From Phoronis australis (Eukaryota; Animalia; Phoronida): a stretch of DNA of 64,000 bases. Shown in pieces: positions 36,951-51,703 of the stretch. The notes beneath the pieces were generated by a model that worked only from the letters and a program-made list of their open reading frames with translations, was not told where the DNA came from and made no database searches. Each line of letters opens with the position of its first letter. The stretch's first letter is position 1. The DNA is taken from the NCBI GenBank assembly GCA_002633005.1, contig NMRA01000005.1, positions 1,290,319-1,354,318 on the forward strand. Reading direction: 5' to 3'. The translations under genes were made by a program, and so were the position numbers.

Positions 36951-39900
36951 ATCATAGACTAGAGGTTAGTAAGTAGACAAATAGATTTTAGAAATGATGT
37001 GACCACATCATTACCTCAAACTGGTTTTACCAAGTCTGTTGAAATACACTGTTACCACTGGGCAGCTGTTTTACAGAGAGTCTATTGACTTTTGGTCAAA
37101 AGTCAATCTACAGAAGATTTAATCTGTTTCACAAAACCAGGCTTCAGGTTATGTCAAAAAATCTGTATGTAACTTTGAACCAAAAAACAGAAATCTGTAG
37201 TCTACTCTTGAGCAGACTAAAAGCCTTGGTCAAAAGACAAAAAATCAACCTTCGTGGATAAACTCTTCAACAAACAGGCCCCTGATTCACTGTTCAGGTA
37301 AAATTTTAGATAAATCGTAATTTTGTTTGGCTTTCTGTTCCTTAGTTTTACCAAGTTAGATTTCTAAATAAGCACTCAGTGAAAGACCTCTGAGCAATAA
37401 AAACAGAGACTAAATGGATGATGTATCGAAGGAAAATTGACCATTAATTAACAGTATCAAATTCTAGGAATATCAAGAGATATGAATTCTGAGTATAGCT
37501 TTTTGACAGGTTAAGTTCAAGAAGTAATCTAAATCTGTCTGACAGATTAGGCAAACCTAAATTCATAAAGCACTTGAACATGAATTTCCAGTAATCTCCA
37601 GACCTGCTTGTTCCCTTCTCTAAGAGACAATAACAAAGAAGAAAAAACAGTTGTAGGCATGTCAGTTTTGGGGCTACGCAACATTTTAATTTTTTTTCGA
37701 TTTCAGCATGACCAAAGCACACAGTAGAATCAGTACTGTAGGTAGAAAACAGAAGAGGTTAATACTCCCATAAGGAAGAATCAAACTATATCCTCACTCT
37801 TATCTTACTTTTATGAGCTTTTGCGAATCTTCAAAGCAAAGTTATTACAGCAGTTAGACTGTAAACTAAATAATTTGATGTAGACAACACCTAGTCCTCA
37901 CCACCATTATGAAATTTACTTCCTCATCCTATATGAGGAAATTTTAAATTTATATCGACCTAACTGTTCACATCTGAAAGATTGCCATTTGAAGGACCAG
38001 ATTAATAATAACAAGGAAATTTCAAGGTGTTTAACAGCTTTTTCATAAAAAGCTGAGCTACATGGACAAAAATTCTGAAATCATCACCTATCAGCCTATT
38101 GGCTAGTATGAAATAATGTCTTTCTATTGCCGTGTGTGTTTCGAAATGGCCCAATCATGCATTTCTATAGGGCCAATGTGAATGCAAAGGGTTAACTATT
38201 TACTTTTTGTTATTGGTAACTCTTCTGTTGGCCATTCTGCATGCAAATGGACCATCAATTTTCATTGCATTTCCCAACTGGTAGCTATGACGATATGAAG
38301 ACTTCTTATGATGGATTACAATAAGCACTTACAACAGTGTCACTCTGAACTTTGATGATCAGCCTTTTTGATTGGGAACAGAGATGGGTGTCAGTAATAA
38401 CTAGTGCTTGTTTGCAGCAACTTTCGTTGACAACAGTTTTAGACACTTCATATAACAAATTCTAAATCCAATTATTGAAAATTGGACTTTTCATTGTTTA
38501 AATGGCAAAAATCAGTTAATTATAATGGTAAAGAAATGTAAACAAAATGCATGGCAAATGTTATTTCTTGGTTGATTGTGACCTTATCTCTCTTGTGTAA
38601 TCTGCTTGAGCAACACAATAGGGTGCCTTGACTTGGGCATACCACCCCTTATCATACTAATTTAATACCCCAAAGACTGCAGTAAAATTTGAATTGGGGC
38701 GTGCATCATGTCCTATTAGCTACAGAGAACGTTAATAGTCAAACAGGCTTTCTGTTGACTTTTGTGTATGGAAATGACTGATACAATTGCAAATGGACTA
38801 TTACAGGCCTTCTGCTACCTAAGTTGCGTGGAAATTGTTAAACAAATAAATTTCTGTAAATGCATTTTTTATTAACTAATGAATCTGCACCAAACGCAGA
38901 CTGCAACGTTAGTTTTCCTGAGGCCTCTTAACTGAGAAAGTGCGTTAAAAAACAACATTAAGCACTAATGAAAAGAACATTACACTTTTGATTCAAGATC
39001 TGCTAACAGCAATTCAAAAGAACAATTATAGACTTTATGACCAGTATTAATGAAGTCATTAAGCATTGCCTATCAGGTCAGACAAATTAAGAGGTGAACA
39101 ACCTTTTACAAACAATGGTCACTGGCTCCACAAATCAAGGTGTATTGATAAATTGATCAGGGTGATAGTAAATCTGAGATTGAGTGGGCGTGACATGTTT
39201 TGATAACTAATAGCTCTAAGAGATCATCAATAACGTAATCAGCATTAATGAATTTTTCGACACTGGTCAATACATATCTGTAGCCGGAGATTGGTAGTCG
39301 TACCTTGACTGGGATGTAGGAAACATACTACCGTAAGACGAGGGTTGGAAATGATTTTATTAATTGAGTGCAAACTTAAGTTAAGATTAGAACACAGTGC
39401 TGTAGCCAAAGGAGAAAGGGTATAATTCTTTGGCCATGAGGCCCTTGTTCATTGCAAAACGCCCAAGTGCATGGCCACCCAGACCTCCCCTGTTGACTAT
39501 TTCAGGTTAAGTCAGCGGCAAGCAATGATGGTGTGATAACTAGAACACTGCCAGATGTTAATATTAACTATAATGGTAATGATGATAATATCAATCCTAA
39601 AATAAACAGCAAAGCAATAGACATATATACATATACATGTAGAGATCGTTGACAACATAGTAATGGGTTCAAGGAATGTGTATATCATTTGCTCATTCAT
39701 AAAGGAGTCCACATGATAGCTTAATTGAATACAATTGCAAGCTGCAAACTCCATTACCTGCTCACAATACACATCAGAAGAAAAGAAAAGTAAGTATATC
39801 AGGTGTGTTCACACCAAAGCAGTGTTTACTATCCAGGTGAGCACTTACTTCATGTAATAGGGCAAAATCTCGTCAATTTCTTACAAAAAATAACCAAAAT

Positions 39901-40368
39901 TGCAGTTTATTTTCGAAGTTCTTCTCACATTGTGAATGTCCACAAAGTTACAAAATACTGTCTATTGATAGCTATGGTACAGAGCTGAGCACCGAAAAGT
40001 GTTTATTTGGAGCTATAGATCTTTCAGGAAAAAATGAGAAAATAAAATTTCACTTGGGTGCTATATTGTGTCCAAAACTGGTGACATTTTCAGGTGTGTG
40101 TTTGCCTTATACAATCACCAAAGTAAGGTAAGATCTCACAAATCTTGGACAAGACCAATTGCTTAACTTAACGTACTCTTTTTTCATTCCTCGAGGTCTT
40201 CTAATACTGTTGTGAATGCCCACATTTTTCAAAATATTTTCTAATGCTATCTACGATACAGAGCGTGAACATAGTAAAGTATTAATTTGATGCTTTATCT
40301 TTTATTAAAAAAGGAAAATGAAATGTCACTTGTCGGCCATATTGTGTCCAACTTTGGGCTCAACATTT

Positions 40369-40611
40369 CATGCTTGCACCCTGGGGGTTCAAAAGAGCCC
40401 CCCACTTGGCAAAGTGGGCAAAAAGGTATGCCTCAGAGAAACAAAAACTCCAAAAAAGTAGAAAACAAGACAAATTCCACTAAGAAGGCAGGAACTACTA
40501 AAATTCGGCGCATGCACAATTCATAGCTCTGAACATACCCGTGAACCTTAGCAAAAGTCCACATTCTCAAAAATTTGAAACCCCCCAATTTTCAGGATGG
40601 CTGTGTGCATT
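40369..40611 (+). mobile_element. CATG-terminated MITE family 2, older copy
   Basis: Colinear with 55277-55515 (GGCAAAAAGG, CCTCAGAGAAA, CCACTAA, TTCTCAAAAATT). TSD is decayed. Confidence 0.75.
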
Positions 40612-40732
40612 CTTTCGTCACTATTTACATGCAGTCAGCATAGGTGGTTACCTTATGAACCGTTCACACCAAAGCACTACTTTTAAACCTGATTTAAAAG
40701 TTATAACACTTGGTGTGAACTAGATGTAGAAG

Positions 40733-40788
40733 TTATAACTGAAACACAATTATAACTGAAACACAATTATAACTGAAACACAATTATA
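40733..40788. repeat. 17-bp tandem repeat, about 3.3 copies
   Basis: Perfect TTATAACTGAAACACAA units. Confidence 0.9.
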
Positions 40789-43430
40789 GCCCTTTGTGAC
40801 GGTGGTTTAGCGAGCAGTAGAAATGGTTTCAACACCGTCAGCACAACTGTAAAAAGTTATAACCTATTAAGTAAATAAGAAACAAATTCATTGGCACTGC
40901 TGATCTTTGTCGATTAAAACCAGGAGCTTGGTTTTTAGCAGTTTCAACTCTTCAAATGAACAATGGCAATCAAACAAAATTGTAACTGCAGGAAAACATA
41001 ACTGGATTCAGTTGGTATGAACGCATAAGTCATCAACCAGTATCATGGCTATTAATTCATGAACGTTTATTCACACTTCAATAAACATCTAAAAAAATTT
41101 CAACTTGTTACAGGATTTATGGTGGTGTTATTTATTCAACATTCATGAACAAACAATGAACTTAGGTGCAAATTTCTGGAATTAAGGTAACAATTATTGG
41201 AAATTGCCTTTTTCCTGAAATGGGTGGTTTCTCGCTAAATGTTTCCTTTGTAAACCGTAGATGACAAGGAACGCGAACGGATTTTTAAGAATAAAAAAAA
41301 AGCAATATTGTCTTGTATATTTCATGAATAGAAACAGTGGATTTAAAAAAAATCATGAATTCGTTATGGGTACGGTAAAAGTTTTTGAGTTTAGTATGAA
41401 ATGCAGTGATTTCAAATTTTTCAAAATGTTGTTCTGAAGAAAAATGTTCTTGATGTTTTTAACATGGTTCGAATATTGTAGCTGTCACCACACAATAGGT
41501 AACATGTTAACCCTTAGCAGCATTGTATAGCATAGTGTTTGGAGAAAAGAAATTTTAGACTGTTTTTAGTCCCCATTGACAAAATTATGCTGCACTTTTA
41601 AAAACGTGTTTTTCATTCACAAAAACCATTAAGTTTATGTGACCTGCATCGACCACAGAATAACACAAAAGTGCTGGTAGATAGCCAACAACACAAAATG
41701 CTTTCTTTCAGTATCTCTACAGCCAGTTTTGACAAAGCAGCAAATCAAACTAAGGCTTATCGAAGTTCACTTAAAAGAATGGCACAGATTTATCCGATTT
41801 TCCCATTCCCGGAGGAGTTTTGGACACCTTTTACACTGGTTCAAATGGATTGATTTGCGCGGAGACTTAAATGAGAATTCTCAGTGGACAATGGTATATT
41901 TAGATTTGCGTTGATTAGTATTAGTTTATATCTAATATTCGTTCACATCATTTGCAATGCAAAACTGGACAAAGAAACATGTCACACAAGCCAGGGTGGC
42001 ATAGTGCTGATTAGGGAGACTTGTTTAACTTTTAATCAAATACTGACAAAATGGCCAATCTTGATGCAGTCTACTGTTTCTCAAAGAGGCTTTCAAAACT
42101 TTGTTGAGCAGTGCTTAGTTGAGTAAAAGTTATTGAAATAGTTTTCAATGTTAGATTAATATTCGCAATAGGCACATTTGTTTTTTGACATTGCTGCAAG
42201 AGTATAAGAGTCGGATTGGCCACCTGAGTATGTTATATAAATGAACACTGTATTCAGTCAAAGGTGGATTTAGGAAGGCTTTTTATACTGTGATCAAGCC
42301 CCCTTAAGACATGTTAGATCTGCCATGGTAAATGGTACTACAGTCCATGTCAACGGTTTCCTATTGCATCACTCTAACTACTCCGATGGTGAATCCTATT
42401 TGCACTCGGCCGTCTTGATTGGAAATTCTGCTGGCGCTCAGCTGTCGCAACAAGGAATTCTGGGTCGTTTCGTCAGATTATTCTTAACGTGCACTGAAGG
42501 CGTAGCTTAGTATCGGAAACTTCATTCTCCCCAGTGAAATGTCAAATTTAGAAAAAATACAACCTCCAGGAAGTTTCAGTAACTGTAACCTCTAACAAAA
42601 ACTTTTCAGGCACGCCTTCTACGCTATTAGAAACAATAATAAATGAAATACATTGGAAAAAATCTTGAATCGAAACTACCTTCGGTAGAGTGCTCACTGG
42701 CACAATACCGTTTCGTACAAATTAAAACCAACAAAAATAGTTTGGTGGCGACAGCTCAATCAGAAGAGAGACCAAATAGACTTTTTAGCGAGTGTTTTCA
42801 TTAGAACCAATGAGTGGAAGTAATTTTCAAACAAACACAATTAACCTTGAGCTCCGGACAAATGTTGTTCAGGCTAATCAAATTTCCATGGAGCTTTCTC
42901 CACTAAAAATCATAATTCACCAATTTACACACAATCGTGTAAATTTTATATCATCTTGAAACGATAAGCAAAATAAGTCAAAACAATTAGGACAGTGCAG
43001 GTAGCGCATTTACAGTTTAAACATTCAATACGACGAATCAGCATCAAGCTGCATTCCGCCATTACAGCTGGCTAAACAACGAAAATCTGATTACTAGGTC
43101 TTTTACTCTCATAAAATCAGTCACCATGAGAGGATTCTATTTCCATTACCAACGAGAACATGGAAAGCATAGGCAACTAAAGGAAACGCTTCATAGTTTA
43201 TTGGGGTTGCCCAATCCAAGAGTCTTATTCTATTATTCCAGTACGGAATGTTATAAAACCAGAATTTTATGAGAATACGAGATCTAATTCAATTCTCACT
43301 CCTTTGCCAATATTAAAAAATGTAACGGAAATTTTGCAGTGACACGTAAAGTGAACGTGAACGCTTCCTGTCGACAAGCAAGCTTTTAATTTAGACCATT
43401 TTCCACTGAGTCCCATAGTGGCACATGACT

Positions 43431-43566
43431 CTACCTCAATAATGTGGAGTAAGTTGTCACAAGTGGGGTAAGTTGCGCTAGTTTAAATAGCGTCCAGACA
43501 GCACTCAAACCTAGCGACATCTTGTTCCAGGAGTAAATTGTTCTAGGATAAGTGTGTGGATGGCAC
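43431..43566 (-). mobile_element. Truncated copy of the 21797-22186 Harbinger-like MITE
   Basis: Reverse complement matches the left ~135 bp of that element (GTCGCTAGGTTTGAG, CAACTTACCCCACTTGTGACAACTTAC). Confidence 0.75.
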
Positions 43567-44335
43567 TTTGGTCTTAACTTCCTCCTCAGATTAGAAGTGA
43601 TTTCTGATCTTGCAAAGAACTGAAAGTTTGTTTGATTCCTTGAGACCATGCTCTGGGCGTGCACAAAGGGTAAAATGACGGGCTGGGACAGGTCAACTTG
43701 TAGAGCTGGGCAGTACTGTAGTAGGGCGTAGGCGCAGCCAACCACCTTTTGGCATTTGAATGTAGCGCCTATGCACCGAAATTTACGTTCAGTGCTCAAG
43801 GTATTACGGTGGGCTTTGGGTGCCTACTTACCACTTATTTTACCACTAGGGCCTACAGCGCTGGAGCTGGGACAGCGTTCCATAGACCTAGTGTCTTGCA
43901 AGAAACACAAGTGATCTTGTGAGACTTCACAAAATCACACGACTCAAAAGAGAGTGTTTCACAAGTATGCTTTGGAGCTTGCTAGTCGGTCCTAGCACAA
44001 TAGAGGCCACTGATAAGTGATGTCAGCAAGGTTTGAGTGTTGCATTTCTGAAGATGTTTTGCTACATGTACATGCTAATGTCTTGCAGTCTATTTAGCTC
44101 AACACTGATTTCAAGTAATAACGAACAGTCTGAAGCCCTGACTCACACCTTCAGTTTGACTAAGGAACAATATGCGGCCAATTTCATAACAGCAAGTGGC
44201 CTAAATCAAAAGTCCTTTTTTGTAATGGAAGGCGGGATTTATAGTCGCTTTAAATGATAAATAAAAAATGCCTCTAAAATGACAGAATATTTGTTTTTAC
44301 CATTTCTGATTAGTGTTGAATTCTCGCCTTCCGCA

Positions 44336-44935
44336 CTCGCTGGTTCCGTGTGTGCCGCTAGGTGGGGCGTTAGCCGTGCCATCACTCACGGGTATCACTT
44401 AATTTTCCTTGGGTAAATTTTTTATACCGGTGTTTCTGATTGGCTATTCCAATTCTCAAAAGGCAGCGCTTTACACAAACAAACTGGCATGACTGATGGA
44501 CTGAAGTGTAAATGTGGTCTGTTATAAAGACAAATCGGTGCTTAAAATTTATGTTCAGGAAATGTGAAGCCTAGAAATTGTGATTGCGCCTTTTCGGAAT
44601 GCATCTTTCTACTGTCGATGACTTTTGTTTACGATAGTGTCCTGTCTATTCATACAGTATGAATAACACACCTGTTCAATCGGCCATATATTTGGTGTAT
44701 GTTATTGTACATGTATGTGCTTCAAGCACGTGGCTATTAAACATAACAGCAGAAACGAAATAGTTGCTGTGACGCCTCTTGCATGACAAAGCTTAAAATG
44801 GTTCACAGTCTGCCATTTTTTCAGTGTTGTAAAGCTAACCAATGACTGCCGAGGTTACATTGACCAATGCTAAATCGTATGCCACAGCATGATACCTACG
44901 TGCTAGCTGGGCTAAGCACGCAGGGAACCAGCGAG
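44336..44935 (+). mobile_element. Non-autonomous DNA transposon with 10-bp TSD, Mutator-like (copy B)
   Basis: TIR CTCGCTGGTTCC...GGAACCAGCGAG. Perfect direct repeat GCCTTCCGCA at 44326-44335 and 44936-44945. Confidence 0.85.
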
Positions 44936-47900
44936 GCCTTCCGCATTGATCACTCTCCCATGTCCTGAGATACGAAATAGCGGTACACCTTCAGATACAG
45001 TAGGCAGGTTAGCAGCCTCACTTTTGCTCCGCTGGAGATTCATATGTTAGCATCTGTCGGCTGAATACTTTACATTTAATATCATATTTAAGTCATGCTG
45101 GAAAGTACTACTGTTTTGCCGTGGGGTACAATGCTCCAAGGAAGTGGAGTAAGCTAGATAAATATCCATGGGTGTGGGACTTCACCCGGTCTCAACAGTT
45201 ATGAAGCGAAGCCCCTCGTGCACACAGCGCCACAGTTGTACAATCAATATCTTACCTCACTGCTGAGAAATTAGCTGAGATTTATACCAGGTTCCTGTTT
45301 TGAATTTCTTCAACAAATAGGTTAAGGTCATTGGCATTTATAGTTTGATAAGGTGTGGAAACAATGGCCAACAGATTTCGTGTTCACAATTCTAAACTGA
45401 ATCTATGTTTACCTGATACCTTCTTTTCTACCTTATATTAAGGACTTTTGAAACATTTCAAAATGATTAATTTTGTTAATATCTTTAGAAAATTAAATAA
45501 TTATGCACAAACATTTTGATCCCAAATAGACAAAATCTACTTTAGGTTACTTTTGTAACAGGAAAAAACACCCAACGCTTCACACTCAATGACAATTGAT
45601 ATTAATAAAAATAGTCTCTCGTACCTAAAAGGAATCCAGAGAGAAAACGGGCACTAAAAGAAGATAATGAACATTTCACTTCTATTACTGGATGATCCAA
45701 ACCAGTGGCTCTAATTCACAAACGCCTGCTTTAGTGTGGTTTCTAACATTAATGTCTTGGGGAAGATCTAAGATTATACCGAGACCACAAAATCATGGAG
45801 AAGAGTTGGTATGGTAACCTAATCAATGAACTGTGACTACATGAAACAAAAGAACAAGACCAGTGGATCAGAGTGCATTCATAGGTGCAAAATTCAGGAC
45901 TGAGAAGCAGTTTTATTTGTTCCTTATGCACATAAATGCAAATCAGACCTTCATTTACAAGACTCACTGGAGCATCAAGGATATCATGTGGAGGTTTGAC
46001 CAGAATTTACGACAACAGATATTTGATTTGAAAACAACCTTTTTTCATTTTCGACTGTGGATGAAGGGGAGACAGTCTTCTTTCACCACCCTGGGCCTTA
46101 AATCTTTCTATGGAATTTTAGAAGTTAGCTATGACTGACCCTACAGAATTTAGCAGCATTTATTAAATGAGTGCCCAGCAGCGCATGTGTACCTAGGCTA
46201 TGTTCTCTACACACAAGAAACTCTTGAAAACACACGATAACGCAAGTCTTCGCAAGAGAGCGCCATATAGTGCAAGTGAAGCATGTGATCACACCAGCCT
46301 TTCTCGTGACTCAGCTCTGACATCTTTTGGCGCACCCTATACATTGTCATACCGTTGCACGGCATCTGTCCAAAGACATCATCAAACAACTGGTCCCAAA
46401 TGTAATGACACTTGGGCATTGAATGAATGACACATAAGACGTGGGTCGGCGACACTATGGTCCAATTAACATCTATGACAATGAGTCGCTATGGCAACGG
46501 AGCAACCAATCATAACACTCCCACTATCAGGAATGAAAGATGAGGGAAGTGGATGGCACAACCAGGAGTGTCGAGACGATGATTGAGTGTTATTGATTTA
46601 TTAGCACAAGTTAGTAAGTCACATTAAATGATGTTTTAAAACTACGGGGACCCAAAGGATCCTGAGACATTTGAAATTGGTTAATTAATAACTTTTATCA
46701 CCTCCACATTTCTGTCACTTTTTTCATTTTAATGACCATTTTATTCTCTGGAGTATACGTGTCGCGCACACCTGTCTACTCAAGTCTTGAAATCTGTAGC
46801 AGAGGATAACCCCACCATAAGGATGGAGTGGCCTCTTAAGGGCTCATGTCACCAATAATTCTTTAAAAAAGATATCTACGAACAAAGTAAAACATATAAA
46901 AAACAGTTGGAATGCTTTCATTTGGCAAATATGCCGTTATTATTATTATAATATTGTTATTATTGTTATTATTACTCTTATTATTGTTGCTAGAAAGAAT
47001 AAAAAATTGAATATAAGACAGCTTTCATAAACAGTTGTATCAGTCGTTTTACATAATAAATTTTTATCCATCAGAAAGACCAAATTTGGTGACCATCCAA
47101 AAATATTCATGACCTGTTTTAGCATAACCCCATGACTAAGAACATACACCATGGACACAATCCAGGACAGACATTGTTTACACCCAGGCACGTCACGAAA
47201 AAGTACAAATGAAGTAGGCCATAGTTCAATAAAACAGACCCTAATATGATTTTACGAGTGTTTAGCAACTTTTTCACTTTGTCAGCTATTTCACGCAAAA
47301 GTGTTAAATGCTAAAATTGTAATTTTTCAATTTTCAAACAAATACTACCTTCCTACAAAATCACAACTTAATAAAGTCAAGTGTTATTTTAAGCAACTGT
47401 AAAAAGCAATTCATGAGGTCACCAGAAAAACAAATTTTATTGTTGTACTTAGAATGTTATTTTGCCAAAAAATTTTTAATTACTACTCTTTCACTGTATG
47501 CTAAAAGTTAACATTTTTGAAGAAATAAAGTGAACTGAGTTTGATGAAAGAAAACAATCATAAAGGTAACCTAGTTTCACTTACATTTTCACTTTTGTAA
47601 AATTCAAAAATACCAAATGACTGAAACTAATTGAAAACAATAACAAATAAATGACTAATAAAGAAAAACCCATTTCAAGTTTGGAACACTAATCAGGGTG
47701 TGTCCAGTTTTCTTTTCCATGTAATCGGTATCAATACAATAGTCTAATGTTGGATTTTGTCCTATAAGCGTAAACTTTTTGTAGTTTGGAATCTGCGACA
47801 TAAAACTTGATCAAAATATTTCCGCCAAATACCTTATGAAGTCACTCAAGAAACTGATTTTGAATTGCTAAATTTATCCCATAATCATCTTTTTAACCGC

Positions 47901-50842
47901 AACTGTGAAGCCTTTCCTTGCTCAAAACACACAAAACCTCAAATCTGGACTTTACACAACTCGAATCACTGATTATCTTTATCAGATATCAATAAATTTA
48001 CTGCTTGACCTTTAGCCAGACATGACCACATTGCAACACACATCTAAAAATACCTAATATTGCAATAACTCTTCACCAAATCAGCAAACGGTAAGGAAAA
48101 TTGTAGAATTTCAATTTTTCTTGGTAATCCTTTTCTAAATGAAACATAATCTTCAAAAATAATACTTTTGATTCCAATTCAAGGATGGGGATGTGAAAAA
48201 CCACATTCAATATATAAGCCCCTACTGTTACGGCACAGTAAGAAAATGTGCTGACTCAAAAGGAAACCAAAACATGACAGAAAAACCACGTTTCAGGAAA
48301 CAGATTTCAGGAAATCGGATTGACCCTCCAAGGGTAACCAATACAAATTGAATTAATTCAGACACCACACCTTACCAACATAACCACAAACCACGGATCG
48401 AGACAAAGAGACAATTCTTAACAAAACCGCAAGGCCATAAAGCATAATACGGATGACTTCTCATATAGAATTGAAAAAATAAATCCAGTTATACAATGAT
48501 GAAGTGACAATCCATGTTCATTTGAGTATGGCATGGCAAGCTTTGCTGGTTGAAAGAGAGGTCACGATCATTACATAGGATTTACCACTGTAATGAAATT
48601 CAACAGAAACTTGATTAATGGGAATAAAAGTAAATCAATCTAGTCCATTGAGTACTCCCACACAGGTCTTTAACTGTGAATAGGTCTTTATCAACACAAT
48701 CAAGTGCCTCAGCTCCCATTATTGACAACCTAAGTTTACCTTCATTGAATAGACTTCAATATCTTGGTATTTATTTAATAGTCACACACCCATCTAAATC
48801 TTTGCACATAGTAGTTCAAACAGGAAAACCCAAGGGCCTAATATTTAGGCAGTAACATCAGAAATTGTGTTAAATAGGGAACACAAATTTGATTACATCA
48901 CACAATAACAGATATTGGTGAACTGTTACTTATATAGCATTTATTAACCATTGTGTAATAGTATAAATTATACATAACATGATATTACAATAAAGACATG
49001 TGACTCACAGTTGCTCAACAGCTTTTCTTAAGACAAACAACATTGGTGGACAGTATCTTGAAAAACATGCGAATTAACACATAAAAACTATTTACGTTAT
49101 CTATTTTTAACTGATAAGAAAAGGTAATAAAAATGAAGCCATAAACTAAGTAGTAAAAGTCCAATGTAAAAAATATCACGAAATGTCAAGGGCTTATTTC
49201 CATGGTAGTGATGTTAGTAATAAAAATGACTGAATCTATAAATAACTTTTGGCAGCCAGTTTAAAATTTCTGTTTGTTTAAAGAGTTCAAACCCACAGCA
49301 AGACTGACACATGGTGGGTTATGATAACGCCCACTTCTGATGATGATATATCTAACTTTCAACTCAAATTATCATTGGCTGACATAAAAGTGTTCATGAG
49401 TTCAAAAGGGTACGTGAAAAATGTGGCATGGCACTGCTGTAAAGAAATGAACAAAAATCAATGGAACGTCTCACAAAGAAAGGTAAAAGTCAATTTTGTG
49501 AATCATTTCAATGCTATGAGTACGGTTTCGCTATTACCCTTACCTTGGAACATCCTGCTTCACACAATGGCAAGTATTGCGACGTTTCAAAAATTGTGTT
49601 GTGATGCACCTTAGTACCTCTTGTCTTCTTCGTCTATACAGCACCACAGAATGGAGGTCCCAGATAACTTTGGCTTAATGGAACACTTCATACTTCCTGG
49701 TGTATAATGTTACTGTGAAGTGATGGAGCAGAGCTCAATAAAGCTTCAAATAAAATATACCTCCGAGACATCAAATTAAGAAGCACAACTGGCTTCTTAA
49801 CTAATTCTTCTTTATCTATTACAGTGATACTCAATCAATAAAAACCATTCAATTACTGTTTTAATGATCATTACGGCAATTTTCCACTTTTTCGCACAAA
49901 AATAATTGAAAAAATTGTCATTTTCCAGTTTCAAAGGCTGGTTGTATTACCACAAATAACTGAAAAACTATCATGCTGGTGACAAACTAAAATTTTCATA
50001 ATCTTTATTTTTACGAAGTAATTTGATAAAACATAATTTCACTTGGCAGCGTGAGCTAAATAAGTACAGAACAGTCGTTGTATGCACATACGCACCCACA
50101 ACCACACACGCACACGCACACACAGACAGACATACAACAAACCATGCCACAGCACTTGAAAATGAACGACCTCTGAGTAACACATCTTTCAATAGCTGCG
50201 TTCCCATGTATTTTGAAATCCTGGAAATATTCCCGGCAAAATGAATGGGATTAATTCCATAAACAGCCGCGTCCCCAAGGATTCCTGATGACTACCGGCG
50301 GAAAACCGTTTTTCGCCATTCCTCATATCGCATTTTGGTCCTGATAGACCGACCCGAAAAGCGTCGCCTCATTTTCCGGTCAGTGGAAATTCCCGAGAAA
50401 ACCACAAACCTTTGTTTGGCAGGTAACATGGGACTTCACGCCTATACACATTACCTGATGGTGTTAAGTTCCTTTGGCAGACCAGATGTAATTACCATGT
50501 TTATTGCCCCTACAACTTGAATGGATAATAAACTATAGAAATAGCTGATAAAAGCGTGTCAAGTTTATAGTCACTCCCTGTAACCCCCTGGGATTCGATC
50601 ACGAACACTTTACGTTGTGTATTGGTATGCATTGAAACTATACTATGCAAGAATAAAACGTCTAGGAAAATTTGGTGGAATTCAGAATAGCTGGTAAATC
50701 ATGCCTGGCAAAAAAATCTAGAAAAATAACAGGATTACTTCCACTAAATTCCAAATTGGAATCCATAATGAATTTCGCAGTGATAGACCATCTTGAGGAG
50801 GGCGTACCCGCTCCAAGGCAACCAAATATTTGCGCGCACAAT

Positions 50843-51088
50843 CACTGAGTTATGCTAGTGCACAAATATGCACTTGCGAGTGTGTGGTCCAAAAATACGA
50901 GCGGTCAGTTCAAAATTTTGAGTTTACTAACCTACAGAATAGAGCGTTTAAATCTTTCTTTGAGCGTGCATACAAATTTTCTTGCTCATATCTGTAGGTT
51001 GGTAAATTCGAAATTTTTAACTGTCCGCTCATATTTGTAGACATCCCATTCGAAAGTGCAGGTATGTGTACTCATATAGCTGACAGTG
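50843..51088. repeat. Old foldback (inverted-repeat) element
   Basis: GTCCAAAAATACGAGCGGTCAGTT...CTACAGAATAGAGC pairs with GCTCATATCTGTAG...AACTGTCCGCTCATATTTGTAGAC (~59-bp core), with weaker outer pairing. Confidence 0.7.
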
Positions 51089-51508
51089 TGGATAAATGTT
51101 TGAGTGCTTTGTACTCACGACAGCCGAATTTCCTGGGCATTGTTGGGTGGATGATCTCCAGTATCACGCCCGCACACACCAGATGTGCTCAAGGAGCCGT
51201 AACTTTTGTTTTCACTTTTTCGCTCTTTTTATGGATTAGTGAGCGCACTCACATCATTGTCAATAATAGTGTTTCCAGTTTGTAGTCCTAGAAGTCCCTA
51301 AAATTGTTTCGAGTCCATTTTGCCTATTACTTCAGTGTTTGGATATTACATTCGTCATAACAAAAAATCCAAGTTCTAAATCAATGTGAGAGGGCAGTCA
51401 CATCCTATTTTCAAAACTGTGATGTTGGGGACCGAATTCATAGAAACTATTTTCAAAATTTAAAATGCTCATCTTAAATCCTGAAACAAGTTTATTTGAC
51501 TGGCGCAG

Positions 51509-51703
51509 ATACATAATACTGACAAGTTCTTCATACACAGTCAATGAGTTACACACCAGTTAACGTTTTCGGCTCTGGGTTCTGCAGCATTTGACAAACA
51601 AATGACGCTGCGAGTAGGTTGGACGTGTGATATCATCCTTATGGGCCATTAACTGGTATGTAACTCATTGACAGTGTATGAAGAACTTTTCAATATTATA
51701 TAT
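51509..51703. mobile_element. TA-flanked MITE with long (~55 bp) TIRs
   Basis: ATAATACTGACAAGTTCTTCATACACAGTCAATGAGTTACACACCAGTTAA pairs with TTAACTGGTATGTAACTCATTGACAGTGTATGAAGAACTTTTCAATATTAT with few mismatches. Confidence 0.75.
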
